From Acidimicrobiales bacterium (GTDB lineage: Bacteria; Actinomycetota; Acidimicrobiia; Acidimicrobiales; CATQHL01), in NCBI GenBank assembly GCA_965209115.1, contig CBDBQD010000002.1, positions 261,042 to 325,041 of the forward strand: 64,000 nt of DNA, in the 5' to 3' direction. The position numbers and the translations under genes were made by a program. How positions within the stretch are numbered: position 1 is the stretch's first letter; the number at the start of each line of letters is the position of its first letter. The notes beneath the pieces are model-generated. The model was not told where the DNA came from, searched no databases, and was given only the letters and a program-made list of their open reading frames with translations. Below are positions 11,181 through 20,322 of this stretch, piece after piece.

Positions 11181-12062
11181 TCAGGCGATGGAGCCTCGGA
11201 AGGGCTCCATGCCCTCCACGCCGAGTTCGACGCGGAGCAGGCGGCCGATCATGGGTGCTTCGGCGGTGACTTCGGTGATGTCGCCGAAGTCGGTGACCCA
11301 CATGTCGGTGCCGTCGAAGCAGCAGTTCAGCGGCACGTACGGGCACTCCAGGTAGTCCAGGTAGGTGCCGTCGGGCGCGATGACGTCGATGACGCCGGAC
11401 ATGAACGCGGTGATCCAGTAGTTGCCGTCGGCGTCGAGTTTGAAGCCGTCGGGGATGTGGCCGTCGGGGAGCGTGCAGATGTGCTCGATGGCGCCGTCGG
11501 GGCGCCGGCGGCGGACGTCGAGTGTGTACGACTCCACCCAGACGACGCTGCCGTCGGGGTCCACCGCGCAGCCGTTGGTGTAGACGGGTTCCAGTTCCTG
11601 CAGCACCCGCCCACCTCCGTCGGGGAAGAGTTCGAAGATGCGGCTGGGGTCGGGCTTGTTGGCCTGATCCCACTCGCCGGAGTCCGTGAAGTACAGCGAC
11701 CCGTTCGGTCCGAAGGCCAGGTCGTTGGGGGCGTTCAGCGCCACGCCGTCGATCTCGGTCGCCACGTAGCTGACGGTCCCGTCGGGGCGGATCCTCTGAA
11801 TCGACGGGGTGACTTGGTCGCGCGCCTTCCAGGCCCCCACCGTGCCGCCGTTCTGGGTGACGTACACGTCGCCGTCGCTGCCGACGACGCAGGCGTTGGT
11901 GCCGCCCCCGCAGTAGCCGTACACGGAGATCCCCTTGCCGTCCTCGCAGACCTTCACGTCGCTGGTGTAGGTCTCCACGAACACGACGCGCCCGTCGGGC
12001 AGCACGTCGGGGCCCTCGGGGTGTCCCAGTCCCTCACCCATCACCTCAATCGGTCGCTGCAT
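11181..12062 (-). CDS. SMP-30/gluconolactonase/LRE family protein
   Basis: Six-bladed propeller signature (GEGLGHPEGPDVLPDGRVVF...NAPNDLAFGPNGSLYFTDSG...PDGFKLDADGNYWI). Confidence 0.8.
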   Translation of the reverse strand: MQRPIEVMGEGLGHPEGPDVLPDGRVVFVETYTSDVKVCEDGKGISVYGYCGGGTNACVVGSDGDVYVTQNGGTVGAWKARDQVTPSIQRIRPDGTVSYVATEIDGVALNAPNDLAFGPNGSLYFTDSGEWDQANKPDPSRIFELFPDGGGRVLQELEPVYTNGCAVDPDGSVVWVESYTLDVRRRRPDGAIEHICTLPDGHIPDGFKLDADGNYWITAFMSGVIDVIAPDGTYLDYLECPYVPLNCCFDGTDMWVTDFGDITEVTAEAPMIGRLLRVELGVEGMEPFRGSIA

Positions 12063-12310
12063 GACGCCCTCCTTCGGATGTCTGTGCTGGTGTGTTCTGC
12101 CGCCCGGTCAGATTATGGCCCGCCGGGGTGTCCCGGAAGTCGGCTCAATCGCCCACCCGCCGGCCGCGCGTCCCCGGGTCGGCTGGGCGATGAGAGAGGG
12201 GGTGCGCGTCCGCGGTCGGCCCTGCTGATTCGTGCTTCTCGAGAGCTATTTGCGGCCGGTCGGATGCCTGCCGCGTGCTAGTTTCGTGACGGTACGCGCG
12301 GAGGAGGGGC

Positions 12311-13968
12311 ATGGGCGCTTTCGCTTGTTTGCGGTCGGCGGGCTGGCGCCGTGCGGGCGGCTTGGTGTTGGTGTGCGCGCTGGTGTGCGCCGCGTTGCCG
12401 GCTTCGGCGGTCGCGGAGGTCTCCCCGCCGGTCGCGAGCGGCGTGTTGTCGGGTGTGGGTGTGGCGGTGGGGGCGACGGTGTCGGTGGACGCGTCGGTCG
12501 GGTTCTCGGGTTCGGTTGATTCGTATGCGGCGCGGTCTTCCGACGAGGCCGTGGTGTCGGTGGTGGTGTCGGGTTCGGTGGTGTCGCTTCGCGGCGTGGC
12601 GGTGGGGGACGCTCATGTGACGGTGCAGGCGACGAATTCGGCGGGGAGTGTGTGGCAGCGGTTCGCGGTGCGGGTCGTGGCGGCGGAGCCGGCTCCGACG
12701 CTGCGGGAGGCGTTGGGGGATTGGTCGCTGCGCGTCGGCGTGGCGGAGAGGGTGGATCTGGCACCGGTGTTCGCCGGCCGTGTGGTCGCCTACAGCGCCG
12801 CGAGCAGCGACGAGGGTGTGGCGTCGGTGTCGGTGTCGGGTTCGGTGATGTCGGTGACCGGCGTGGGCGCGGGGTCGGCGAAGGTGAGGTACACCGCGAC
12901 GAACGCCGGGGGCAGCGCCAGCTCGTCGCTGACGGTCACCGTGGCCGCCGATCCTCCCGCTGCGCCCACCGTCGCCGGGGCGTTGGCGGCGCGGACGTTG
13001 GTGGCGGGGTCGGCGGCGGCGCGACCGGCGGCGACTATGTCGTGTCGCCGGCGGGGCTGGTGGTGACGGTGCCGGTCGGCCAGTCGGCGGCGGCGCTGAC
13101 GGTGACGGCGGTGAACGACGCGGTTCTCGACGCGGGCGAGTCGCTGGGGATCAGCGCGTCGGCTACAGGCGGCGGGATCGCGGGGACGTTGACGTCGAAG
13201 GCTTTGGCTGTGGCGATCGCCGACAACGACTTTGCCGTGGCGATCGGGGGCGTCTCGGCGTGCACGGCCGGCGGGTCGGTGTCGCTGTCCGCGTCGGCGC
13301 CGTCTGCCGTGTCGCCGGTGAGTTTCTCGTGGAGCGGCGCTGCGTCGGGGGTCGGCTCGCCGATCGCGTTCACGTGCCCGGCGGCGGGGCGCCACACGGT
13401 CAGCGTGATCGCCACCGACGGCGCGAAGGGCACCGGCAGCGACACCCACACCCTCGTCGCCGCCGACAAACCGCCGCAAGGCTTGACGGGCAGGGTGGCT
13501 ATCTCGCGGATGCCGCCGACGCCGGTGGGCGGGCACACGCTGAACCTTTCCTATGTGACCGCCGGCGGGTCGAGGATTCTGCCCGCGTTGCGGTTCTTGC
13601 CGTTCGCTGACCTGGAAACGACGTGGCAGTACACGAGTGTCGTCCGCGCGACGGTGTCGGGCAAGGCGCGGGATCTCGGCCGCATCGCCTACCGGAAGAC
13701 CACCGCCGCCGGCGAGCGCATTGAGATCGCCTTCCTGCCCGCCGGGGGGAGTCTCGTTCGGCCGAGTCCGAAGCGGTTCATCAACTACAGCGCCATGACC
13801 CTCTACACCTGGTACACGAGTTCGCGTTTCACGTTCACACTCAGCGCCGGCGCGAGTTCGCTGTCCGACGGTGCCGCGTCCCTCGCAGGGCGCCTCGCGC
13901 AAGCGTTGGCCGCCGGTGAGGGGATCTGCGAGGAGTGCTTCGGCGCCGAGGCGGACCTCGAGTCGTGA
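12311..13968 (+). pseudogene. secreted Ig-like/Calx-beta-like/PKD-like multidomain protein 'A', reading frame broken near 13020-13040
   Basis: ATG 12311 with RBS GGAGGAGG and a signal peptide. Three Ig-like modules are colinear with the gene at 26977. That frame stops at 13066. The rest (GDYVVSPAGLVVTVPVGQSAAALTVTAVND..., a PKD-like FSWSG...TVSVIATDG, a shared C-terminal domain, and the tail GICEECFGAEADLES) continues in another frame to 13968. Confidence 0.6.
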
Positions 13969-16900
13969 TCGTGGGGCGCGAACGAGCCGTCGGTGTCGCG
14001 CTGGTCGTCTGCCTGGCGTCGGCGGCGTGCGCGGGCGGCGGGGCGGGGGTTCCCGGCGGCGACTCGCCCGCCGGCGGCGCTGTGTCGGCTCCGGCGGCGG
14101 CGTCGGGGGTGTCGCCGGGGGCTCCGGCTGCGCCGGCGCGGGGTTCGGAGATGCTGCCGCCGCGGCCGGATGTCTCGGTGCCGGCGCCGGGCGCGTCAGC
14201 GTCGGTGGCCGGCGCGTCGGGGCGGGGCGACGGTGGCGCGGTGGACGAGTGCGGGGGTGTGGAGGAGGTGTGCGGGTTCGTGTCGGTGAGTGTGGGTACT
14301 GATGGTGGTTGCGGGTTGCGGGCGGGCGGCGAGGTGGTGTGTTGGGGTGGGCGCGGTCCGCTGTTCTGTGTCGTCGAGGCCGGTGAGGAGGAGGTGTGCG
14401 GCGAGATTGCCGGCGGTTCGGCGATGGCGCCGGGGGGCGCGTTCGTGGCGGTGGACGCCGGTCCGGGTTACTCGTGCGGGGTGCGTGCGGGCGGCGCGCT
14501 GGCCTGCTGGGGGCTTGTGCGGGAGAGGTGGTTGTTGCCGCCGCCTGTGGGGGCCTTCACGGCGGTGAGCGTCGGTGGGGGTTCGGCGTGCGGGGTGCGT
14601 GTCGGCTGGCGGGTGACGTGCTGGGGCACGACCAGGCGGCAAGGTCCGATCTCCGGATTGGTGCCGCCGGAGGATCTGTTCGTGTCTGTGTCGGTGGACC
14701 ACGGGGCGGTTTTTGCGTGCGGGGTGCGCGTCGACGGCGCGATCTCGTGTTGGAGCGAGGATCCGGATGTCATCTCCTTCTTCAGGATCCTCCCGAGGGA
14801 GCTCCTGTCGACGCGGGAGGGCAGGTTCAGATCGGTGTCGGTGGGGTGGTGGTACGGCTGCGGGATCCGGGTGGACGCGACGCTGGAATGTTGGGGGTTT
14901 CAGGACTACGGAGCGCACCTGCCGCCGGAGGGGGAATTCGTGTCGGTGGACACAGGACCCCGGTTCGCCTGCGGGGTGCGCGCCGACGGGGAGGTTGTGT
15001 GCTGGGGCGTGGAGAATCGTGCGCCGTGCGAGAACCTTACGTGGTGTCTGGGGTGGGATCTGTACCCGGGGTCGGCGCCGGAGGGGCCGTTCACGTCGGT
15101 GAGCGTGTCGCGGGCTGACTTCTGGTCGGCGACGATCTGCGGGTTGCGCGCGGGCGGCGAGTTGGTGTGCTGGAACGAGGAGGCGGTGTTTCATCGCCCG
15201 CCGCCGGGGTCGTTCGTGGCGCTGGACGTCGGCGGGGACGAGGCGTGCGTGGGCGTCCCGGGCTTGGAGGGCAGGAGGATCTGTTGGGACGCGGGTGCCG
15301 CGTGCGGTGTGAGTCTGGACGGGGGTGTGCGGTGTTGGGGCGCGGGCGCGTCGGGGTGGTCGCCGCCCGGCGGCGTGTATGTGTCGGTGAGCGTCGGTTC
15401 GGCGCATGCGTGCGGGCTGCTGGTGGGCGGGGAGGTGGCGTGCTGGGGCGATGCGGGGGGTGCGCCGCCGGGGGGCGCGTTCGCCGCGGTCAGCGCGGGT
15501 ACTGACTTCTCGTGCGGTCTGCGTCCTGGCGGGGAGGTGGTGTGTTGGGGGTCGAACGCTCATTGGCGGGCGAGCCCGCCGCCGGGGCGGTTCGCGTCGA
15601 TTAGCGCCGCCGGAGGGTTCGCCTGCGGTCTGCGCGCCGACGGCGAGGCGGTGTGCTGGGGCGACGACAGCGCTTCGGCGTATCGGTGTAAGTATGCGAT
15701 TCCGGAGGCTCTGAGGGAATCGGATCGGTGTCGCAGCGACGACCGCGGCGGCCGAGTGACCGTGCCTTCCGGGGCGTTCGCGTCGATCGCGGCCGCGGAG
15801 GGGTACGCGTGCGGTCTGCGGCCCGACGGCGAGGTCGTCTGTTGGGGAGAGGATCGGAGCGATGGCAGCTTCGTCCCGCCGGCGCTGCCGGGCCCGGCCG
15901 CGGAGATCACAGCGCACGGGGGGACCCTCTGCGCTCTGCGCGGCGACGGCCGCGTGGACTGCCTTGACGGCGGCGGGCGGTGGCCCGACAACGATCCGTG
16001 GGTGCCGGTGGCTCCGAGAGGGGCGTTCACCGCTGTCGCTGCGGGCCACCTGCACGCCTGCGGGATCCGTCTGGATCAGACGGTGGAGTGCTGGAGCCCG
16101 CGGTGGCCTCCCGGCGCCGGCGTTCCGGATGCCCGCTTCGGCGAACCGCCGCTGGTCGTCGAGGTGCCCGACGGCGACAGCGGGGCGCCTTCGCCGACGG
16201 CGCGTGGAGTGTATTCGACGCTGAAATGGGTCTTGGAGGGGCCGCAGGGGCGCTTCGACGCGCTCGCCGTCGGGGGCGCGGAGGTGACCTGCGGGCGGCG
16301 CCTCGACGGCGCCGTGGACTGCTGGGGACCGTTGCCGGACGTCGATCCTCCCATGAGCGTCCTCCACCCCGGCGTTCTCGCGGCCGACGCCGGCTACGGG
16401 TCTTCGTGCTGGGTGCTCACCGACGGGACCACCTGTCGGCACCTCCAGCCGGGTGGCCGTCCGTTGATCGAGGGCGCGTTCGTCGATGTCGGCGTGGGAC
16501 AGGACTTCGCCTGCGCGCTCGGCGGCGGCGACGTGGTCTGCTGGGGGGCGAACCAGCACGGGCAGTCCGCGCCGACTCCGCCGCCGTGGATCCCCGGCCC
16601 GCCCTACAGCGCTCTCGCCGTCGGGCATTCCCACGCCTGCGCGTTGCGCGCCGGCGGCGAGGCGCTCTGCTGGGGCGACAACCGCTGGGGCCAGACCGAC
16701 GCGCCCTCCGACCCGATGGTGGCGATCTCAGCGGGCGACCGGCACACGTGCGGACTGCGCGGCGACGGCGAGGCGGTGTGTTGGGGCGACGATTCGCATG
16801 GCCAGACCCGAAGCCCGAAGGGCGCGTTCACCGCGCTCGGCTCCGGGCAGTGGCACACGTGCGGCTTGCGCACCGACGGCGAAGCAGTGTGTTGGGGCGA

Positions 16901-17048
16901 CGGCACCTACTGGTACCGTTTCATCGACCCGCCCGCAGACGCGCCCGCCGAGCCGCCGGCGGGCCCGTTCACTTCGCTCGCCGTGGGCCAGTGGCACACC
17001 TGCGCGCTGCGCCCCGACGGCACCGCCGCCTGCTGGCTCAGCTACTGA
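13965..17048 (+). CDS. secreted RCC1-like beta-propeller repeat protein A1 (signal peptide with Cys)
   Basis: GTG 13965 overlaps the upstream stop (GTGA); GTG 13935 is an alternative. Signal peptide VALVVCLASAAC|AGG. Many repeats of the form CG[LV]RxxGxxxCWG, and the last blades are canonical RCC1 (HACALRAGGEALCWGDNRWGQTD). Ends CWLSY*. Confidence 0.75.
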   Translation: MIVGRERAVGVALVVCLASAACAGGGAGVPGGDSPAGGAVSAPAAASGVSPGAPAAPARGSEMLPPRPDVSVPAPGASASVAGASGRGDGGAVDECGGVEEVCGFVSVSVGTDGGCGLRAGGEVVCWGGRGPLFCVVEAGEEEVCGEIAGGSAMAPGGAFVAVDAGPGYSCGVRAGGALACWGLVRERWLLPPPVGAFTAVSVGGGSACGVRVGWRVTCWGTTRRQGPISGLVPPEDLFVSVSVDHGAVFACGVRVDGAISCWSEDPDVISFFRILPRELLSTREGRFRSVSVGWWYGCGIRVDATLECWGFQDYGAHLPPEGEFVSVDTGPRFACGVRADGEVVCWGVENRAPCENLTWCLGWDLYPGSAPEGPFTSVSVSRADFWSATICGLRAGGELVCWNEEAVFHRPPPGSFVALDVGGDEACVGVPGLEGRRICWDAGAACGVSLDGGVRCWGAGASGWSPPGGVYVSVSVGSAHACGLLVGGEVACWGDAGGAPPGGAFAAVSAGTDFSCGLRPGGEVVCWGSNAHWRASPPPGRFASISAAGGFACGLRADGEAVCWGDDSASAYRCKYAIPEALRESDRCRSDDRGGRVTVPSGAFASIAAAEGYACGLRPDGEVVCWGEDRSDGSFVPPALPGPAAEITAHGGTLCALRGDGRVDCLDGGGRWPDNDPWVPVAPRGAFTAVAAGHLHACGIRLDQTVECWSPRWPPGAGVPDARFGEPPLVVEVPDGDSGAPSPTARGVYSTLKWVLEGPQGRFDALAVGGAEVTCGRRLDGAVDCWGPLPDVDPPMSVLHPGVLAADAGYGSSCWVLTDGTTCRHLQPGGRPLIEGAFVDVGVGQDFACALGGGDVVCWGANQHGQSAPTPPPWIPGPPYSALAVGHSHACALRAGGEALCWGDNRWGQTDAPSDPMVAISAGDRHTCGLRGDGEAVCWGDDSHGQTRSPKGAFTALGSGQWHTCGLRTDGEAVCWGDGTYWYRFIDPPADAPAEPPAGPFTSLAVGQWHTCALRPDGTAACWLSY

Positions 17049-17113
17049 ACCACGCCGATGAGCCCCGCCCGGCGAATCGCTGTCCGCGTCGGCGCCGAGG
17101 CCGATCTCGAGCC

Positions 17114-20100
17114 GTGATTTCGGGGCGCAGACGAGTCGGCGGTGTCGCGCTGGTCGTCTGTCTGGCGTCGGCGGCGTGCGCGGGCGGCGGGGTGGGGGTT
17201 CCCGGCGGTGACTCGCCCACCGGTGCCGCGGTGGCGGCTCCGGCGGCGGCGTCGGGGGTGTCGCCGGGGGTTCCGGACGTGCTGGCGCGGGGTTCGGAGA
17301 TGCCGCCGGCGCCGCCGGGTGTCTCGGTGCCTGCGCCCGGGGCGTCCGCGTCGGTGGCGGGGGCGTCGGGGCGGGGCGATGGTGGCGTGGTGGAGGAGTG
17401 CGGGGGCGTGGTGGAGGCGTGCGGGTTCGTGTCGGTCAGTGTGGGTACTGATGGTGGTTGCGGGTTGCGGGCGGGCGGCGAGGTGGAGTGCTGGGGTGGG
17501 CGCGGTCGGGTGTTCTGTGTCGTCGAGGCCGGTGAGGAACAGGTGTGCGGTGAGATTGCCGGCGGTTCGGCGATGGCGCCGGAGGGCGCGTTCGTGGCGG
17601 TGGACACCGGTCCGGGTTACTCGTGCGGGGTGCGTGCGGGCGGCGCGCTGGCGTGCTGGGGGCTGCGTCGGTATGCGCCGGAGAGGTGGTTGTTGCCGCC
17701 GCCTGTGGGGGCCTTCAGGGCGGTGAGCGTCGGCGACGATTCGGTGTGCGGGGTGCGCGTCCGCGGGCGGGTGACGTGCTGGGGCACGACCAGGCGGCAA
17801 GGTCCGATCACTGGATTGGTGCCGCCGGAGGATCTGCCGCCGGAGGATCTGCCGCCGGAGGATCTGTTCGTGTCTGTGTCGGTGGAGCAGAGGTCGTCTG
17901 CTGCGTGTGGGGTGCGTGTCGACGGTGCGATCTCGTGTTGGAGCGTGGACAACCCCTTCTTCAGGTCCCTCCCGAGGGAGTTCCGGTCGACGCGGGAGGG
18001 CAGGTTCAGATCGGTGTCGGTGGGGTGGTGGTATGTCTGCGGGATCCGGGTGGACGCGACGCTGGAATGTTGGGGGTCTCACGAGTTCGGTGCGCACCTG
18101 CCGCCGGAGGGGGAATTCGTGTCGGTGGACGCCGGGACCGGGTTCGCCTGCGGGGTGCGCGCCGACGGGGAGGTTGTGTGCTGGGGCGTGGAGAATCGTG
18201 CGCCGTGCGAGAACCTTACGTGGTGTTTGGGGTGGGATCTGTACCCGGGGTCGGCGCCGGAGGGTCCGTTCACGTCGGTGAGCGTGTCGCGGGCTGAGTT
18301 CTGGTCGGCGACGATCTGCGGGTTGCGCGCGGGCGGCGAGTTGGTGTGCTGGAACGAGGAGGCGGTGTTTCATCGCCCGCCGCCGGGGTCGTTCGTGGCG
18401 CTGGACGCCGGCGGGGACGAGGCGTGCGTCCCGCGCTTGGAGGGCAGGAGGATCTGTTGGGACGCGGGCGCCGCGTGCGGTGTGAGTCTGGACGGGGGGG
18501 TGCGGTGTTGGGGCGCGGGCGCGTCGGGCTGGTCGCCGCCGGACGGCGCGTACGTGTCGGTGAGCGTCGGTTCGGCGCACGCGTGCGGGCTGCTCGCGGG
18601 CGGGGAGGTGGCGTGCTGGGGCGACGCGGGGGACGCGCCGCCGGGGGGCGCGTTCACCGCGGTCAGCGCGGGTACTGACTTCGCGTGCGGTCTGCGTCCC
18701 GGCGGGGAGGTGGTGTGTTGGGGGTCGAACGCTCATTGGCGGGCGAGCCCGCCGCCGGGGCGGTTCGCGTCGATCAGCGCCGCCGGGGGGTTCGCCTGCG
18801 GTCTGCGCGCCGACGGCGAGGTGGTGTGCTGGGGCGACGAGAACGCCCTGGCGTTTCGGTGTAGGCATTCGACGGCCTGGAGTCTGACGAAGGCCGGGAG
18901 CCTGTGGGATTTGGATCGGTGCCGCAGCGACGACCGCGGCGGCCGGGTGACGCCGCCGGCCGGGCCGTTCGCGTCGATCGCGGCCGCGGGGGAGTACGCG
19001 TGCGGTCTGCGGCCCGACGGCGAGGTGGTTTGTTGGGGCGACGATCGGGACGAACCCAGCTTCGTCCCGCCGGCGCTGTCGGGCCCGGCCGCGGAGATCA
19101 GCGCGCACGGGGGAACCCTGTGCGCGCTGCGCGGCGACGGCCGCGTGGACTGCCTCGACGGCGGCGGGAGATGGCCCTACGACAATGATCCCTGGGCGCC
19201 GGTGGCTCCGAGTGGGACGTTCACCGCTGTCGCTGCGGGTCACCTGCACGCGTGTGGAGTCCGTCCGGATCAGACGGTGGAGTGCTGGAGCCCGCGGTGG
19301 CCTCCCGGTGCCGGCGTTCCGGACGCCCGCTTCGGCGATCCGCCGTTGATCGTCGCGGTGCCCGACGGCGACAGCGGGGAGCCCTCGCCGGCGGCGCGTG
19401 GAGTCCCCCGGGCGCTGGAATGGGTCTTGGAGGCGCCGCAGGGGCGCTTCGATGCGCTCGCCGTCGGGAGCGCGGAGATTACCTGCGGGCGAAGTCTCGA
19501 CGGCGCCGTGGACTGCTGGGAACCGATTCCGGATGCTGATCCTCCCATGACCGTCCTCCACCCCGACGTTCTCGCGGCAGACGCCGGCTACTGGTCGTCG
19601 TGCTGGGTGCGCACCGACGGGACCACCTGTCGACGCTTCGAGCGGCACTTCCAGTCGCATGACGGTCCCTTGATCGAGGGCGCGTTCGTCGATGTCGGCG
19701 TGGGACAGGACTTCGCCTGCGCGCTCGGCGACGGCGGCGATGCGGTCTGCTGGGGAGCGAACCAGTACGGGCAGTCCGCGCCGACTCCGCCGCCGTGGAT
19801 CCCCGGCCCGCCCTACCGCGCCCTCGCCGTCGGGCATTCCCACGCCTGCGCGCTGCGCACCGGCGGCGAGGCGCTCTGCTGGGGCGACAACCGCTGGGGC
19901 CAAACCGACGCGCCCCCCGACTCGATGGTGGCGATCTCAGCAGGCCACCGGCACACCTGCGGCTTGCGCAGCGACGGCGAAGTGGTGTGCTGGGGCGACG
20001 ACCTGCATGGCCAGACCCGAAGCCCGAAGGGCACGTTCACCGCGCTCGGCGCCGGGCAGTGGCACACGTGCGGCCTGCGCTACGACGGCGAGGTGGCGTG

Positions 20101-20257
20101 CTGGGGCGACGGCTTCTACAGGGACCGTTTCATCGATCCAACCCTAGATGCGCCCACCGAGCCGCCGGCGGGTCCGTTCAGTTCCCTCGCCGTGGGCGAG
20201 TGGCACACCTGCGCGCTGCGCCCCGACGGCACCGCCGCCTGCTGGCTCAGCTACTGA
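17114..20257 (+). CDS. secreted RCC1-like beta-propeller repeat protein A2 (tandem paralogue)
   Basis: GTG 17114 gives VISGRRRVGGVALVVCLASAAC. Colinear with A1 and A3. Ends CWLSY*. Confidence 0.75.
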   Translation: MISGRRRVGGVALVVCLASAACAGGGVGVPGGDSPTGAAVAAPAAASGVSPGVPDVLARGSEMPPAPPGVSVPAPGASASVAGASGRGDGGVVEECGGVVEACGFVSVSVGTDGGCGLRAGGEVECWGGRGRVFCVVEAGEEQVCGEIAGGSAMAPEGAFVAVDTGPGYSCGVRAGGALACWGLRRYAPERWLLPPPVGAFRAVSVGDDSVCGVRVRGRVTCWGTTRRQGPITGLVPPEDLPPEDLPPEDLFVSVSVEQRSSAACGVRVDGAISCWSVDNPFFRSLPREFRSTREGRFRSVSVGWWYVCGIRVDATLECWGSHEFGAHLPPEGEFVSVDAGTGFACGVRADGEVVCWGVENRAPCENLTWCLGWDLYPGSAPEGPFTSVSVSRAEFWSATICGLRAGGELVCWNEEAVFHRPPPGSFVALDAGGDEACVPRLEGRRICWDAGAACGVSLDGGVRCWGAGASGWSPPDGAYVSVSVGSAHACGLLAGGEVACWGDAGDAPPGGAFTAVSAGTDFACGLRPGGEVVCWGSNAHWRASPPPGRFASISAAGGFACGLRADGEVVCWGDENALAFRCRHSTAWSLTKAGSLWDLDRCRSDDRGGRVTPPAGPFASIAAAGEYACGLRPDGEVVCWGDDRDEPSFVPPALSGPAAEISAHGGTLCALRGDGRVDCLDGGGRWPYDNDPWAPVAPSGTFTAVAAGHLHACGVRPDQTVECWSPRWPPGAGVPDARFGDPPLIVAVPDGDSGEPSPAARGVPRALEWVLEAPQGRFDALAVGSAEITCGRSLDGAVDCWEPIPDADPPMTVLHPDVLAADAGYWSSCWVRTDGTTCRRFERHFQSHDGPLIEGAFVDVGVGQDFACALGDGGDAVCWGANQYGQSAPTPPPWIPGPPYRALAVGHSHACALRTGGEALCWGDNRWGQTDAPPDSMVAISAGHRHTCGLRSDGEVVCWGDDLHGQTRSPKGTFTALGAGQWHTCGLRYDGEVACWGDGFYRDRFIDPTLDAPTEPPAGPFSSLAVGEWHTCALRPDGTAACWLSY

Positions 20258-20322
20258 ACCACGCCGATGAGCCCCGCCCGGCGAATCGCTGTCCGCGTCG
20301 GCGCCGAGGCCGACCTCGATCC

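Noticed and set aside
14196-16634. Very long antisense ORFs across the propeller genes (14196-16634, 17042-19903, 20251-22947 and 30608-33205, all minus strand, 812-953 aa)
   Set aside because: Their translations are Arg/Pro/Ala-rich low-complexity sequence with no motifs. They mirror the plus-strand genes, which do carry clear repeat motifs and signal peptides. Stop-free antisense frames are an expected artefact in 70% GC DNA.
15980-17113. N-terminal 378 codons of the 1425-aa ORF 15980-20257
   Set aside because: This part overlaps A1 in another frame and is Arg-rich junk. Homology with A1 and A3 places the real start at GTG 17114, just before the signal peptide.
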